Positions 11,639 to 26,949 of a stretch of DNA of 64,000 bases are shown in pieces (position 1 is the stretch's first letter; each line of letters opens with the position of its first letter). Below the pieces are notes generated by a model, which saw only the letters and a list, made by a program, of their open reading frames with translations, did no database searches and was not told the DNA's origin. The DNA is from the human T2T-CHM13v2.0 reference genome, Homo sapiens. The stretch lies in NCBI RefSeq assembly GCF_009914755.1, contig NC_060929.1, one strand, 5' to 3'. The position numbers and the translations under genes were made by a program.

Positions 11639-11680
<42 letters not shown>
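11639..11680. repeat. (TG)n(TA)n microsatellite
   Basis: Directly visible, abutting an Alu tail. Confidence 0.95.
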
Positions 11681-11681
<1 letters not shown>

Positions 11682-11969
11682 TTGAGACGGAGTTTTGCTC
11701 TTGTTACCCAGACTGGAGTGCAATGGCATGATCTTGGCCCTCACCACAGCCTCTGCCTCCCGGGTTCAAGTGATTCTCCTGCTTCAGCCTCCCGAGTAGC
11801 TGGGATTACAGTCACCTGCCACCACACCTGGCTAATTTTTGTATTGGTAGTAGAGACAGGGTTTCTTCATGTTGGTCAAGCTGGTCTTGAACTCCCGACC
11901 TCAGGTGATATGCCTGCCTCGACCTCCCAAAGTGCTGGGATTACAGGCATGAGCCACTGTGCCCGGTCC
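11681..11969 (-). mobile_element. AluS (Sp/Sq-like)
   Basis: GAGTTTTGCTCTTGTT..GTGCAATGGC..CCCGACCTCAGGTGAT. Confidence 0.92.
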
Positions 11970-12081
11970 CCTGTGTATATATTTTTAAACACAAATAACT
12001 CATTGTTATACTTTAGCTGTAAAAATGCAGAAGGTATGGAGTAAATAATTATTTAAAAAATTAGAAAACAAAGTTGGCATG

Positions 12082-12445
12082 TGTATTAGTTTCCTAAGGC
12101 AGTGTAACAAAGTACCACAAACTCAGCAGCTTAAACAACAGAAGCCAATTGTCTCAGAGTTCTGGAAGCCAGAGGTCTGAAATCAAGATGTTGGTATGGC
12201 CACACACATTCTGGAATCTGTAGGGTAATCTTTACTTGCCTCTTCTAGCTTCTGATGGTTTGTTGGCAATTTTTGGTGTTCTTTGGCCTGCAGTTACATA
12301 ACTCCAATTTCTGCCCTCATGACATCTTCCCTCCTGCATCTGTGTCTTCACATGGCTGTGCTGTCTTCCTATAAAGACATCAATCATATTGGATTAGGGC
12401 CCATCCTAATGACCTCCTTTTAACTTGATTACCTGTGTAAAAACC
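12082..12445 (-). mobile_element. MLT1C/D-like MaLR LTR
   Basis: TGTATTAGTTTCCTAAGGC..GTAACAAAGTACCACAAACT..GGATTAGGGCCCATCCTAATGACCTC. Confidence 0.85.
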
Positions 12446-12899
12446 CAGGCTCTGAAGCCCAGAGGCAAAAGGACTACACCCAGGTCCACAGTGAGCTTGG
12501 ATTTAAGCCAGGAATTCCTTTCAACTTTCAGCACATGTCTAGTTGAGAAGAAATAACTGGAGATAGAGTAGTTCCCCTTTATCCGCAGTGGATACATTCC
12601 AAGACCCCTAATGGATGCTTGAAACCTTGGATGGTGTCTGCCTTTGTTCATTTTCTGTTACTAGAATACCACAGACTGGAGAATTTATAAAGAACAGAAG
12701 TTTATTTGGCGCATGGTTCTGGAGGCTGGGAAGTCCAAAAGCATGGTGCAGGCATCTGGCAAGGATCACCTCATAGCAGGAAGCATCATATGGCAAGTGA
12801 GTGCAGGAGACACAGACAAGGGGCTCAAGTCCTTGGGTAACTAACCTACTCCTGAGATAATGGCAATCTATTTATGAGGGATCCACTGTCATGATCTAA

Positions 12900-13352
<453 letters not shown>

Positions 13353-13423
13353 CAATTGTTTATTTTTCTAATCATTTCTTTAAGATCCCTCCTCTTAATA
13401 CTGTAATAATGGCAATTACATTT

Positions 13424-13774
13424 CTTTTTAAAATTATTTTATTTTATTTATTGTTTTCTAATTTAATTTTAATTTTAGTCTTCTTTAGAGACAGGGTCTT
13501 GCTCTTTTACCTGGGCTGGACTGCAGTGGTATGATCATAGCTCACTGCAGCCCCAAACTCCTGGGGCTCAAGTGAGCCTCCTGCCTCAGCCTCCTGAGCT
13601 ACTAGGACTACAGGCATGTGGCACCATGCCTGGCTAATTTTTGCATTTTTTTTTTGTAGAGAGGGGGTCTTACTATATTGCCCAGGCTGGCCAGGAACTC
13701 CTGGCCTCAAGCAATCCTCCTGCCTCAGCCTCCTAAAGCACTGGGATTGGAGGTGTGAGCTACCATGCCCAGCC
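13424..13774 (-). mobile_element. AluJ
   Basis: ATGATCATAGCTCACTGCAGCC, GGCTCAAG; TSD ATGGCAATTACATTT / ATGGTAATTACATTT. Confidence 0.92.
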
Positions 13775-14169
13775 ATGGTAATTACATTTTGACATAAATT
13801 TGGTGGACATATTCAAATCATAGCAGTAACAAACCCTATATATATAGTACTATATATAAATTTCTCTATATACTTCTATATACATAATATATATGTCTTA
13901 TACATATGTACCTATGATAAAGTTTAATTTATAAATCAGGTACTGTAAGAGATTAACAATAACAATAATTATAACAATGTACTGTCATAAAAGTATGTGA
14001 ATGTGGTCTCTTTCCTCTCAAACTAGCTCGTCATACTGTACTCATCTATTTTCAGACAGCGGTTGACCGCTGATAAATATCTGAAACTGCAGAGTACAAA
14101 ACTACTGAAAGTAAAACCGTGGTTAAGGGGGGAAACTGCCCACTGCCATAGCGGGCTGAATGAATTTTC

Positions 14170-14380
14170 AGGTTGTGGGGCTAAATCCCATGCTCACTGC
14201 TGCTTAGCTATGTAACATTGGGCCACCCAGGCCTCCCCTATGAGTCTCTGTTTTCTTGTGTGTAAAATGGGGAGTAATAGCACCCATATTGCAAGGTTAT
14301 TTTGCAGCTCAAGGCAGTTGTAATGTAGCTGGCACTGAATAAATGGTAACTATGATTATTGTCATTATTGTGGTTATATT
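14170..14380 (+). mobile_element. MIR
   Basis: CTGCTTAGCTATGTAACATTGGGC..TGTAAAATGGGGAGTAATAGCACC. Confidence 0.75.
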
Positions 14381-14404
14381 TACGGTCTTAACAAAAGACA
14401 AAAA

Positions 14405-14668
14405 TTTTTTTTTTTTCTTGTGCAATGGCACGATCTCGGCTCACCGCAACCTCTGCCTCCCAGGTTCAAGCGATTCTCCTGCTTCAGCCGTCCTAGTAGT
14501 TGGGATTACAAGCATGTACCATCATGCCCAGCTAGTTTTGTGTTTTTAGTAGAGACAGGGTTTCTCCACATTGGTCAGGCTGGTCTCGAACTCCCGACCT
14601 CAGGTGATCCGCCCTCCTCGGCCTCCCAAAGTGCTGGGATTACAGGCATGAGCCACCGTGCCTGGTCA
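14405..14668 (-). mobile_element. AluSp-like with deletion next to the tail
   Basis: CTCACCGCAACC, TTTCTCCACATTGGTCAGG; TSD ACAAAAGACAAA. Confidence 0.9.
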
Positions 14669-16224
14669 CAAAAGACAAATTTAAATCAATGAAAGAATTT
14701 TACTCTAACACTCTTTTTTTTGGGAGTGGCTGAATTCATAATCCGGGACTATATGAAGCTAACTTTTCTTTACATTGTTGGAATAATCAAGCATTCCTAT
14801 GAAAGCCAGGGGAGCCAGTTTCATTAACCCATATTAGGCAGGGATATCTGGCTGGTGACAGCCATTCTTGAGTAATGGGTGATAAATACCACTTCCTTCT
14901 AAAGAGCTCTCAGGCAGCTCCCAGGCCTCATGCATTTTGAGAAGCAGTGTCCTCTATGTAATCGGCTGCGAGAAACATATTCCAAAGAGAAACATATGCT
15001 CCAGTAGTTACAGGGAAATTTTGCAATGCTGTCTTCTAAGAACAAATAAAGAGACAGATCTGAACCTGAGGGCCAGGCCACTTTGTTTGATGTGTTCAGA
15101 TTTCATGCGACAAGAGGGAATAACTTCTAACAAAGTTACTTCTAACAAAGCATAAGTAACATGACCAGGAAACCTCAAATCCCTCTCCTGAGGTGTCCCA
15201 GAGGACTCAGAAAAAGTTAAAAGCAAGTTGTGTTCTTCGTATGGAAACACTCCTTTAATTGCCTCTGCAATTAATTAGTTCATTTCTTGCCAAATTGCAG
15301 TCAGACAAATGCCCACATCAGACTCTCCCCTCCCTGGTCTTGTTAGGTGTTTGGAGGAGGGAGGTTGCCCTGACAGCAAATGCGCCCCTCATTGTTAGTT
15401 TCAGCCACCATGTGAGTGGTTTTTACAGGTTTGTTTTTTTCTGTTTTTAGGAATATGGATGAGGCTGTCAATTTAAAAAGAAAAAGTCAGGCTCTAGCCC
15501 TCTGATTGGCTGTTGCTGTTCAAGCTGGCTATTTAGTTTTAGAGCTGATTCTCTGCTTCCTTAGATGGTGCATTCACAGGAAGCTTAGTTACATAATATG
15601 TAAGTTTCTAAAACAGGAGTCATCCCATTTACCAAGTGATGGAGAGGCCCAGGTTGGCCTTAGGTGGAGTCTCACTAGGCAGTTGCTACTTGGGATGACT
15701 TAAGAGGACCAGGGCCTTTATCCACTCCTCTCACCCCACTCATACCACCCCAGCAAGAAAAGTCTTTTTTTTTTTTTTTTAAATTAACTTGATCAACATG
15801 TTAGCAAGGACCATGGTAGTAAGGACCTTTCTCTCTAGGTACAAAAGAACTAAGAAGAGATACCTCTGTTCCTGTCACCCTCAGACTGTTCACTTCTTTG
15901 CTTTTCCTCCTCAAGGTCTCCACACTTGTGGATCTGGTTTCCTGCTCTGCTGGCTTTCAGTCTGGTGCACTCTAAGGAACAGCCTGAGGAGGCCCAACTG
16001 GTCTTCTTGCTTCCTCGAGTTGGTCATCCAAGTTTCTGGCGATAACTCTCGCTTCCCTGGTTCCCAGGACTGGGTTTCAGCTCCAGGGTCTCCAGGTCTC
16101 CCCACACAGTTGGAGTTTTCAAACTAGTCTCTTTGTTTCAAACTACTCTTTAGCCATACAGAAGTATGGGCTACATTATGGCTATCAAAAGGTTTTCCTC
16201 AAACATCACCATCACTGTCTTCAT

Positions 16225-16470
16225 CATTTCCATCACAATTAACATTCATCATTATTTTGTGCCAGGTACTATAACACTCGCATTACATAGACAGTTACAT
16301 TCAATACTCATAGCAATCCTGTGCAAGAGGTGCTTTTTCTTTCCTCATTTTGAAGATGAGAAAACAGAGGCTCAGAGAGGTTGCATTACACGATCAAAAT
16401 CACACAGCAAGTAGGTGGTGAAGCTGATGCGTAAAGCCACACTCTCTGACTTCAGAACCTTTACCACTCC
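16225..16470 (-). mobile_element. MIR
   Basis: TGTGCCAGGTACT..CATTTTGAAGATGAGAAAACAGAGGCTCAGAGAGGTT. Confidence 0.85.
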
Positions 16471-17576
16471 AATGTACTTTTCATATATTTTTCCACCTTA
16501 CTCCCCTATTCAAAGATCCCTGGTTGGGCCTGTCACCTCCAGGATAAAGGGGCAGCTCCCCAGTGTGGCTGTCAATGGCAGTCTGAGCTGATGCAAGCCG
16601 TATGTTCCACCCAGGACAGGGGTAGGCCTCATGGCCTCCCTTGCTTTTCACGTTCTGACCATGTCCAAGGCCCAGCGTGCTGGTCATTTCCTCGGAAACA
16701 CTATTTTCTGAATCTCCCACAAGTCATTTACAACACCCTCTTCCTTCCTGTAACTCTTCCGACCTCAACCTTTATCCCACGCTAGATTTGCTAAAAGCCA
16801 TGTTTATTAAACAGGACACACTGTAAAGATTCTAATGGGAGGCACCTCTAGATTTTTTTAAGTTAAATTTTAATATTTTTCCAAATAAATATATGCAACT
16901 ATTATTGTCTTTTAAAAGAGAAATATTGCTAAAAGACAGTATTAATCAGCAGCCTTGCTCCACATGAATCTTTTTCTCAGAGGCAATTACTTTCATCTTT
17001 AAAGCTATTTCTTCTCATTTTGAAAACATTTTATAAAACATGTTTATCCAGCTACCTCTTGATTCTCCAATTTTAACCATTTTTTCTTGACTTTCTATTA
17101 TGATATGTCAAGATTTTAGCTCTTATATACTCCCACTTCCTTCAACATCCTGAAATAGTTTTATCACAATGTTTGGTTAAATTCACTTTCAATGTTTATA
17201 TTATTGTGACTATAGTATATATCACATACTGCTAAGACAAATTTGGAATAGAAGTCTATTCCTATCTTTATATACCTTTTTTAGAGTTATTACTTGCTTT
17301 ATTATTGCTATTTTTATTTGCTTGATTTTCTTAGGGTCTCTACATCTTTCTGTATCTTTTAACAGCTCATATTTCCACATGGTCAAACATGTCTGTTGAA
17401 CTACCAGTTCTGCATGACACTTCCCGGAGAAAACGCTGTGGACTCTGAGGTCTGCTCTTCAGGATGCGGCAGACCTGTCATTGTCATTATCTACAGAATT
17501 CCTTTCACGTCTCTCCTTTGCTATATTAGCCGTTTCCTGGATCTTATATCTTTGTCTTTTTTTAGTTAATTCCCTT

Positions 17577-17972
17577 GTGTGTTAGTTTGCTCGGGCTGTC
17601 AAACAGTCAAACACAAGCTGTTTGACTTAAACAATATACATTTATTTTTTTCACAATTCTAGAGGCTGGAAGCCCAAGATCAAGGTGCCAGCAGGATTGG
17701 CTTATGGTGAGACCTCTTTCTTTGGCTTGGAGATGACACCTTCTTTCTGTGTCCTCACATGGACTCTTCTCTGGGTGAGTGGAGAAAAATACAGAGCTCT
17801 GCTGTCTCTTCCTCTTTTTATAAGGACACCAGTCCTATTAGATTAGGAATCTACCCATATGACCTCATTTGGCCTTAATTACCTCCTATAAGGCCCTGTC
17901 TCCAAACACAGTCACATTAGGGGTTAAGCTTCAACATGAATTTTAGGAGGACATCAGTCAGTCTGTAATACA
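17577..17972 (-). mobile_element. MLT1A-like MaLR LTR within old L1 debris
   Basis: TGTGTTAGTTTGCTCGGGCTG..AAGATCAAGGTGCCAGCAG..TATAAGGACACCAGTCCTATT..TCAACATGAATTTT. Confidence 0.85.
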
Positions 17973-18768
17973 ATTTTTATGGTGTTTACCTGCTAAAGGG
18001 TACAAGGAAAGATTGCTTTTTGAGATGTCGCTTTATCTTTATCCTATCTTTATATTCCATAGACAATCTGGCTGCATACGGAATCTCAAGTGAAAAATTA
18101 CTTTTCTTAAAAAAAATAGTTTGGCATAGTGTAGCAAGATTAAAAAGAACATCTTCTTTTATCCAGCACTTCCACTCCTAAGCATAAACCCTACAGACAA
18201 ATTCTTACATGTATGTGCGAACACCTGTATAAAAGTATGCATAACTTACTGTGTAAGCAAGGCAGTAAATATGACTCATAGAATGCAAGTATAAAGCACT
18301 TTTTATTTTGTCTAACATTGTCTCTTTAAAATTTATTGGCCCTGGATGAAAGCTTGGGCAAGCTCATGGCTTTTCTGGTTATTCTTAGAGGCTAGAGAAT
18401 ACTACTGTTACTTTAAATCAGAGAAGAGAGTCCTAGTGCAAAAATTACAATGTTTAGTCCAATACATAAGCAATTTTTCAACCTTCACCCAAACATAATA
18501 CTTTTCCATCCTCCAGGCCAACCCTCCATTTGGTGGTGGTGGTCTGGGGGAGGGAAGGGATTGGGGGTAGGGGGTGCATTTGGTTCCTCCAGCTGCCATA
18601 TCTTCCAAGTGTCTCCTTGGGCAAAATTCAAAATGACTGCAGACCACCTCTTTGTCTCAAGAGCCACCTTTGGTTCATGAGAACATGAGAAACATTCATA
18701 CATCCTCTGCCCCTATGTAGAAGAGGCCAGGATGATCTAGTGCAGTAGTCACTCTCCTTAGTCATCTG

Positions 18769-18988
18769 TGCATCCATCCATCCATCCATCCATCCATCCA
18801 TCCATGCATCCATCCATCCATCCACCCACCCATCCACCCACCCATCCATCCATCCATCCATCCATCCATCCACCCATCCACTCACCTACCCATGTATTTA
18901 TTCACCTACCCATTCATCCACCACCAACCCACCCATCCAGCCAGCCAGTCGCCCACCCATCCCAGCAACCACCTAACATCCATCCATT
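18769..18988. repeat. (CATC)n tetranucleotide repeat decaying to CCAC/CCAG variants
   Basis: Directly visible. Confidence 0.95.
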
Positions 18989-19779
18989 CTTCTAGGCATC
19001 TGTCTTGTCTGCTCCAGCATTTCTTGAGCCAGAGGCAAACAGTAGCTCTAAACTGCAGAGATCACAAAGGACTCTTTTGAGATCTCTCATAAAGCTTGAG
19101 GTGAGAGACAGGCATCCTCCTTCTGCCACTTATGGGGATGGTGACACAGTCATCATCACAACATCACTCTTCAAACAAAATCTCCTCCAAAAAGCCTCTT
19201 TCTTCCTTCAACTTTTACAAGAAAATGTTTATGTTTTCACATTTAACACAAAGAGGCCACATTTAAATAAACACATTAAGTCTTCAGACCACTTTGATTG
19301 CAGTTTTGAACCTCAGATATGACAAATTCTCATATCAATGTATCCCTAATTTCTTTTATAATTTATTTTTTACAAATTATGCCATAATAAAACTTGATAA
19401 GTGATTACTCATGTAAAATATTTCCTTTAACACTTTATAAGTTAATCAAGTGGATAGCCCAATAGATTTTAGTTGTTGCTTAAATAGGGAGTTCTCATGA
19501 TTTTAGTATTATACAAGTTTAGCTGAGACTACACTCAGAAATAAGTTTAGAAAATAGCACTATAAAAGATGGGGAGTGACGAGTAAAATAACCCATACAG
19601 GATGCTATGCTGTAGGAAATTGGATGTTTTCACTGCTTCTGCAGTATCAAAGTGAGTAAAGGGTTCAAGAATCATGAAGCTGATTCCTTCCATTGTAAAG
19701 TCTATGTATGGCATTTGCTTTGGTATCTGAAGGTTATCATTCCCTGGTGCCTCAACAGAAACATGCAAGTTGACACGCT

Positions 19780-20285
19780 ATTTATATTTTTGATATCAAA
19801 AGATTGGAAACAAACTTTATATCCATAAGTAAGAGACTACATAAATAAGTGATGCTATATCCATGCAAACCAAACATCCAATTATGCTAAATCCGTGAAG
19901 CACCATGCAACAGTGATAATGAACCAGGGCAATACTTATGAACAGGGATGAGTCTTACAAACAAAATTCTAAGGGGACAATTCCATATATTATATGTATT
20001 ATAATAATTTTATATACATTAATATGTGCATCATTCTTTCTATATTTTAAAGTGCAAAATAATATTGCTTAGGAATACGTGGATATGTAGCAAAGTATAA
20101 GGAAATTTGAGGCATCATATACAATTAATAATGACCAGGATGGCAATATTTGCTTCTAGGAGGTGGGGAGAAGGATAGGACATGGAAAATATATTCAGAG
20201 GGTTTCAACTGTCTTGGTAATGTTTTACTTTTTGAGTTGAAAGATACTCGGTTTTCCATTGTATTATTCTTTATACCTTGTGATA
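19780..20285 (+). mobile_element. Old L1M (ME/MC-type) 3' end
   Basis: AAAAGATTGGAAACAAAC..GGATGAGTCTTACAAACA..GGGTTTCAACTGTCTTGGTAATGTTTTA. Confidence 0.6.
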
Positions 20286-20286
20286 T

Positions 20287-20595
<309 letters not shown>

Positions 20596-22604
20596 ACCTT
20601 GTGATATATCTTAACTACTTCAGATTATGTTTGAATGAAATTACTTTTTTTCCTTCAAAATTTGAAGACTCTCATCCATTCACCAGTTTCCAATGTTGGT
20701 GGTAAGTAAGCTAAGGCCGTTTTCAGATCTGATTATTTTAGTGAGATCTATTGCCTTCCCCCCGCTTCCCAACTCTGGGAGCTATTAGAAGCATTGCTTT
20801 TTGAAACATTCTTTTTTTAGACACTGCTGGGCCCTTTCAGTATGGAACATAGACTCTTATATATGTATATATATTGTTGAAGAGATCACTCAAATTTCCT
20901 TTAATCATGGGAAATTTGAGTGATCTCTTTAATAATATCCTCCCTCCATTTTCTCTGCTCCTGTTTTCTCTAATTACAGTTATTTGGATGTTGGACTTCC
21001 TAGACTAATTCTCTAATTTTTATTTACTTTATTTCCAATTTTTGACCTATTTGTCTTTTCATTCTAAGGGATTTCTTCAAATGTATCCTTCAATCCTCTA
21101 GTGAATTTTTAAAATTTCTTCTATTACATTTTTAATTTTAAAGGTTAATTTTTCTTATTTTTCTGTCTCTACATTGTCATCCCTTCTTATTCCATGGATA
21201 CAGCATCTTTTCATATCTCTTAGAACATTAAATGTAACATTCATATTTCTAATGTCTTTTCTATTCCTTGCATTGTGTCTGTTACGAGTTTTTTCTTTGT
21301 CTCCTCCTTTTTTTCTTCTCTTTCTTCTTGCCCCTTTCCTCCCCTTCTTTTTTTCTTTTCTCCTCCTCCTTCTTTTCCTTCTAGTTTTTGTTTAATTTCC
21401 TTTACAGTATAGGTTTTCATCAAATGTCTGTACATGCTTGGCAGACCATTTCTATGGAAGAGAGTGTGCTAAGAAGCTGAATGAAGATTTGTGTTTATGA
21501 GTTGAATGGCAGGTTTCACTATAGGGCAGCTGTTCTCAAAGTGTGGTCTGTGAACCCCTGAGAGTCACTGGGATCCCTTCAGAGGTCCACGGTGTCAAAA
21601 CTATCTTCATAATAATATTGAGATGTTAATTTCCCTTTGCACTGGGTTGAAAATTGTAGTGATTATGCAAAAGCAATGATGGATATGATGGATAATTTCA
21701 TGTGTCAAATTGGCACAGGGTGCTCAGGTATTTGGTCAAAAATTATTGTGAATGTTTCTGTGAGGGTGCTTTAGATTAAGATTTAAATCTGTGGACTTGA
21801 AAAAATTGTAGTAAAATATACATAATATGAAATCTACTCTCAACAAATTTTTAAGTGTACATTATAATATTGCTAACGGTATGTACATTGCTGTATAGCA
21901 GATCTCTAGGACTTTTTCATCTCGAGTGACTGAAACTATGTCTATTAAATAGCAACTCCTATTTCCGCCTCCCCTAACCTCTGGCAACCACCATTTTACT
22001 CTCTGCTTCTATGAATTTGACTACATTTAATTACCTCATAAAAGTGGAATCAGGTAGCATTTATCTTACTGTGATGAATGTTTTCATTAAGCATAATCTC
22101 CTTAAGTTTCATTCATGTTGTAGCACGTGACAGAATTTCTTTCTTTCTTTCTTAAGGGTGAATCTTATCCCACACACACACGTACACACACACACATATT
22201 CTTTATCCATTTATCCATTAATGAACCTTTAGGTTACTTCCACCACTTGGCTATTGGAAATAATGCTACAAAGAACAGGGGAATACAAATATCTCTTTGA
22301 GGCCCTGTTTTCAGTTGTGTTGTATATATGCCCAGAAGTGGGACTGATGGATCATATGGTAGTTCTATTTTTCCCTTTCTGAGGGAACTCCATACTGTTT
22401 TCCATAGTGACTAATACCATTTTATATTCCCAACAGCAGTGCACAAGAATTCTAATTTCTCCATATTCTAACCAACATTTGTCATTTTCTCTTTTGTTTT
22501 TGTTTTTGATAATTGGCCATTCTAGCATGTTGCTGTCTAGTATCCTTGAATTTCAACTTCATGAATTTTCTTTACTGTTTCTTGTAAGGCAGGTATAATG
22601 GTAA

Positions 22605-22963
<359 letters not shown>

Positions 22964-23692
22964 CCTCCTTCATTTTTGAAGAAAAGTTTTGCTGGATACA
23001 ATATTCAGGGTGGACAGGATATTTTTCCTTTTGGCACTTTCACTATATCATCCCATGCACTTCTGAATTACAAGGTTTCTGCTGAGAAATTTGCTGATAG
23101 TTTTACGCAGACTCTGTTTTATGAGGCATGTCACTTTTCTTTTGCTGCCTTCATAATTGTCTCTTTGTCTCTGACTTTTGAACATTTGGTTATAATGTGT
23201 TTGGGTGATAGACCTTTTTGGATTCATCATTTGGAATCCGTTGGGTTTCTTAAATCTGATGTTCAGTTACTTCCCCAGACTTAGGAAGTTTTCAGCCATT
23301 ATTTCTTAGGATAAGCTTTCTGCCTCTTCCTTTCTCTCTCTATTCTTCTTGTTCTGGAACATTCATAATGTATTTTTTTTTAATGGTGTTCCATAATTCC
23401 CTTAGGCTTTCTTAATTCTTTTTTCTTTTTGTTCTTCTGACTGGATAATTTCAAATGACCTGTCTTTGAGTTTGCTTTTTTTTTTTTTTGCATGATCAAT
23501 TCTGACATTGAATCCTCTAGTGAATTTTTTAGTTCAGTTATTTTATCATGTAGTTCCAAAATATGTAATTCTTTTTTATATTTTCTGTCTTTCTCGATTT
23601 TCTATTTTGTTCATGTATCATTTTCCTGAGCTCACTGAGTATCTTTATGATGGTTATTTTGAATTATTTTTCAGGTAATTCACATATCTCTT

Positions 23693-23998
23693 TCTTTTTT
23701 CTTTCTTTCTTTTTTTGAGATGGAGTCTCACTCTGTCACCCAGGCTGGAGTACAGTGGCATGATCTTGGCTCACTGCAACCCTCTTCCTCCTGGGTTCAA
23801 GCAATTCTCCTGTCCCAGCCTTCCAAGTAGCTGGGCTTACAGGCTCACGCCACCATGCCCGGCTAATTTTTGTATTTTTAGTAGAGACAGGGTTTCACCA
23901 TGTTGGCAAGGCTGGTCTCAAACTCCTGACTTCAGGTGGTCTGCCCACCTTGGCCTCCCAAAGTGCTGGGATTATAGGCGTGAGCCACCACGCCTGGA
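23693..23998 (-). mobile_element. AluS
   Basis: Full dimer; TSD CACATATCTCTT. Confidence 0.92.
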
Positions 23999-25256
23999 CA
24001 CATATCTCTTTTCTTTAGGGTCAGTTTTTAAAGATTTACTTTTTTTTTCTCTTTTGGGCCATGCTTCTTTGTTTCTTTTTATACCTCATAACTTTGTGTT
24101 GGGAATTATGCATTTAAAAAAACAGACACACCTTCCAGTCTTTAGTAACTGGCTTTGTAAAGAGAAATGTCTTTACCAAGCAGCCTGGTGTGACATTCTG
24201 AAGTGTCTCAAACATTTTCTGTGGAGACATCTTCTCTGGACTTACACATGTTAATTACCAATTAGAGAGATTTGCTGTTTTCTTTTTTTTAGCACTCATA
24301 ATATCTTGCTTTCCCTGGCGTCTGTTTGTGGTATTGCAGGTTCTCTGGATCTCTTTTTAGCCTCCTGGCTTATTTTCCCTCAGAACTTTCCAGGCTTCTA
24401 GAGCATGTCAGATCCTGTCAGTGCTTTGAGTTGTACAGGACAAAAGCTGTTTTTTTTCAGAAGCCTCGACCACCAGCCCCACCAAAACTGTACTAGTGGA
24501 TGCATGCTCAATTATTCTCCCCTCCCTCCAACCCCCAAGGAAGAGGTCACCAAGGCTACGTCTGTTAAACCGCTGGTCCTCTGGCTATGTCTATTATATT
24601 GCTAGCTCTCTTTTGTTCTTATTTGCCCCCAGACACCTAGAGTATGCCAGGCTCTGTCAGCACTCCAAAACAGGTGAGAAATAGATCAGTCTCTTAGCCT
24701 CCCAAATGGACAGAATGTTGGACACACACTTCAACTGTTTCTCCAGGAAGAAGCCAGGAGCTGGGAGTTTCCCCCAGTCATGGCATGCTAAGCTGGAGAG
24801 AGGAGCTTAGGCAGGTGAGTGCTATGCATTTTTCTATAGTTCTGATGCAGCTGGTTTTGTGCTTGCTGGAGGTACAGGAACCTCTTCACTGTTTTTGAGA
24901 TTTCTCACAAAGGGAATTGGTTTATGTATTTTTGTTGATTTGGTGTCTGTAAGGGAAACAAGGATTTTGGGCTTCCTATTCTGACATTTTGCTGGCCTAA
25001 ATTAGTGGACTTTGAGTAGTGCAGATTGCTCTCCATAACGTGGGTGGGCCTCATCCAATCAGTTGAAGGACTGAATAGAACAAAAAGACTAACTTACCCT
25101 AAGCAAGAGAGATAATTTTTTGGCAGACTGCCTTTGGGCTTCAACTGCAACAGCAGCTCTTCTTGATTCTACAGCAGACTGCCTTCAGACTGGAGCTCAG
25201 CATTGGCTCTATTTTGGACTTGTTGGCTTCCATAGTAAGCCAACTTTTTATAATAT

Positions 25257-25258
<2 letters not shown>

Positions 25259-25293
<35 letters not shown>
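25259..25293. repeat. (TG)n microsatellite inside MLT2
   Basis: Directly visible. Confidence 0.95.
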
Positions 25294-25297
<4 letters not shown>

Positions 25298-26484
25298 CCC
25301 ATTGGTTCTGTTTCTCTGGAGAACGTGGAGTAATACAATGGCTAAAACTACTGGTACAAATCAAGGCACTATGCTATACTAATATTTTTGAATTCTTTAT
25401 TGCCACACATTGAAAATAAAAATAAAATGCCAGTTTCACTTGGGAATGTTCTTCATGAAGCAGAAAATATATTGGTTTTATTAAATCTTGAGTAAATATC
25501 TTTTTAATAGTCTGCAACAATGGAAAATACGTATAAAGCACTGTTGCTGCAGGTGAAATATGATGGTTGACTCAAGGAAAAACACTCTTGTACTGAATTG
25601 GCAAGTGGAACTAGCTACTTTTTTTCTTGGAATTCCATTTTTTTTTTGAAAGAATAACTGGAAGAATAACTATTCAGACCTGGGTATTTGGCAGACATTA
25701 TCTTGAAAATGAGTGAAGTTAGCTTACCACTTGAAGAAAAATGACTGACAGTATTTTTCGCCCATGATAAAATTCAAGCTTTAAAACAGAAATTAAAATT
25801 TTGAAAATTGTGTTTGTCAGAGGGAGATTGTTATCTTATGAATACTTAAGCTTTTCTGATGAGATCAGCAGTAATAATAATGACTGACATTTGATATTGT
25901 AGAATCAAATGTGTTAACATGTTGGAAAATCTGCATGATTCTGTGAACCAGTACAAAATCACATATTGGTAAAAGACTTATTCAAAATACCAGAAGGGCC
26001 AATGGATTTTAACACAGCAGAAGACAAAAAGTTTAACAATAAGGTTTCAGATAACGCACAGCAACTAACCTTTAAGAAACTATTACTTGTGCACTTTTGA
26101 TGTGGTATTAAAGAAATATATCTGCAATTGTTTGAAAACTATTGAAATATTCCTCTTCTCCAGCTACACAGCTCTGTAGTCTTCACATGCTTCAGCCCAA
26201 CAGTACATCACAACCTATCGAATGCAGGAGCAAATAGGACAATTTAGGTTTATTATTAAGCCAAACCCTTAAGAGACTTGCAAATTTTAAAACAATGCCA
26301 CTCTCTTCACTAATGTTTTTCTGTTTTGGATAAAAGTTATTTTTAATAAAAATGTTATTTATGCATATAATGGGTTTGTTATTGTTATTTTATAGTGAAT
26401 TAATCAGTATTAAAAACATTTGGTTTTAGTTTCTAAATATTGGTGGATACAACTCACATAAACAAAATCTCTCTGCAGACTTCA

Positions 26485-26833
<349 letters not shown>

Positions 26834-26949
26834 AAAATATTAAGGGGTCTTGAGGCCAGACGTTTTGCTGCAGGGTGATGTGACTGGGCTGTTTCACTAG
26901 AGGGGCTCAATTGCTGGTGTTCATGTGTCTTTTGTCTTGGGCTATGTGG

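Noticed and set aside
18628-19080. HPSI / MDGW repeat ORFs
   Set aside because: Translation of the (CATC)n repeat
23715-24254. 179-aa ORF and similar [10 protein letters not shown] / GVQW ORFs elsewhere
   Set aside because: Antisense Alu translations
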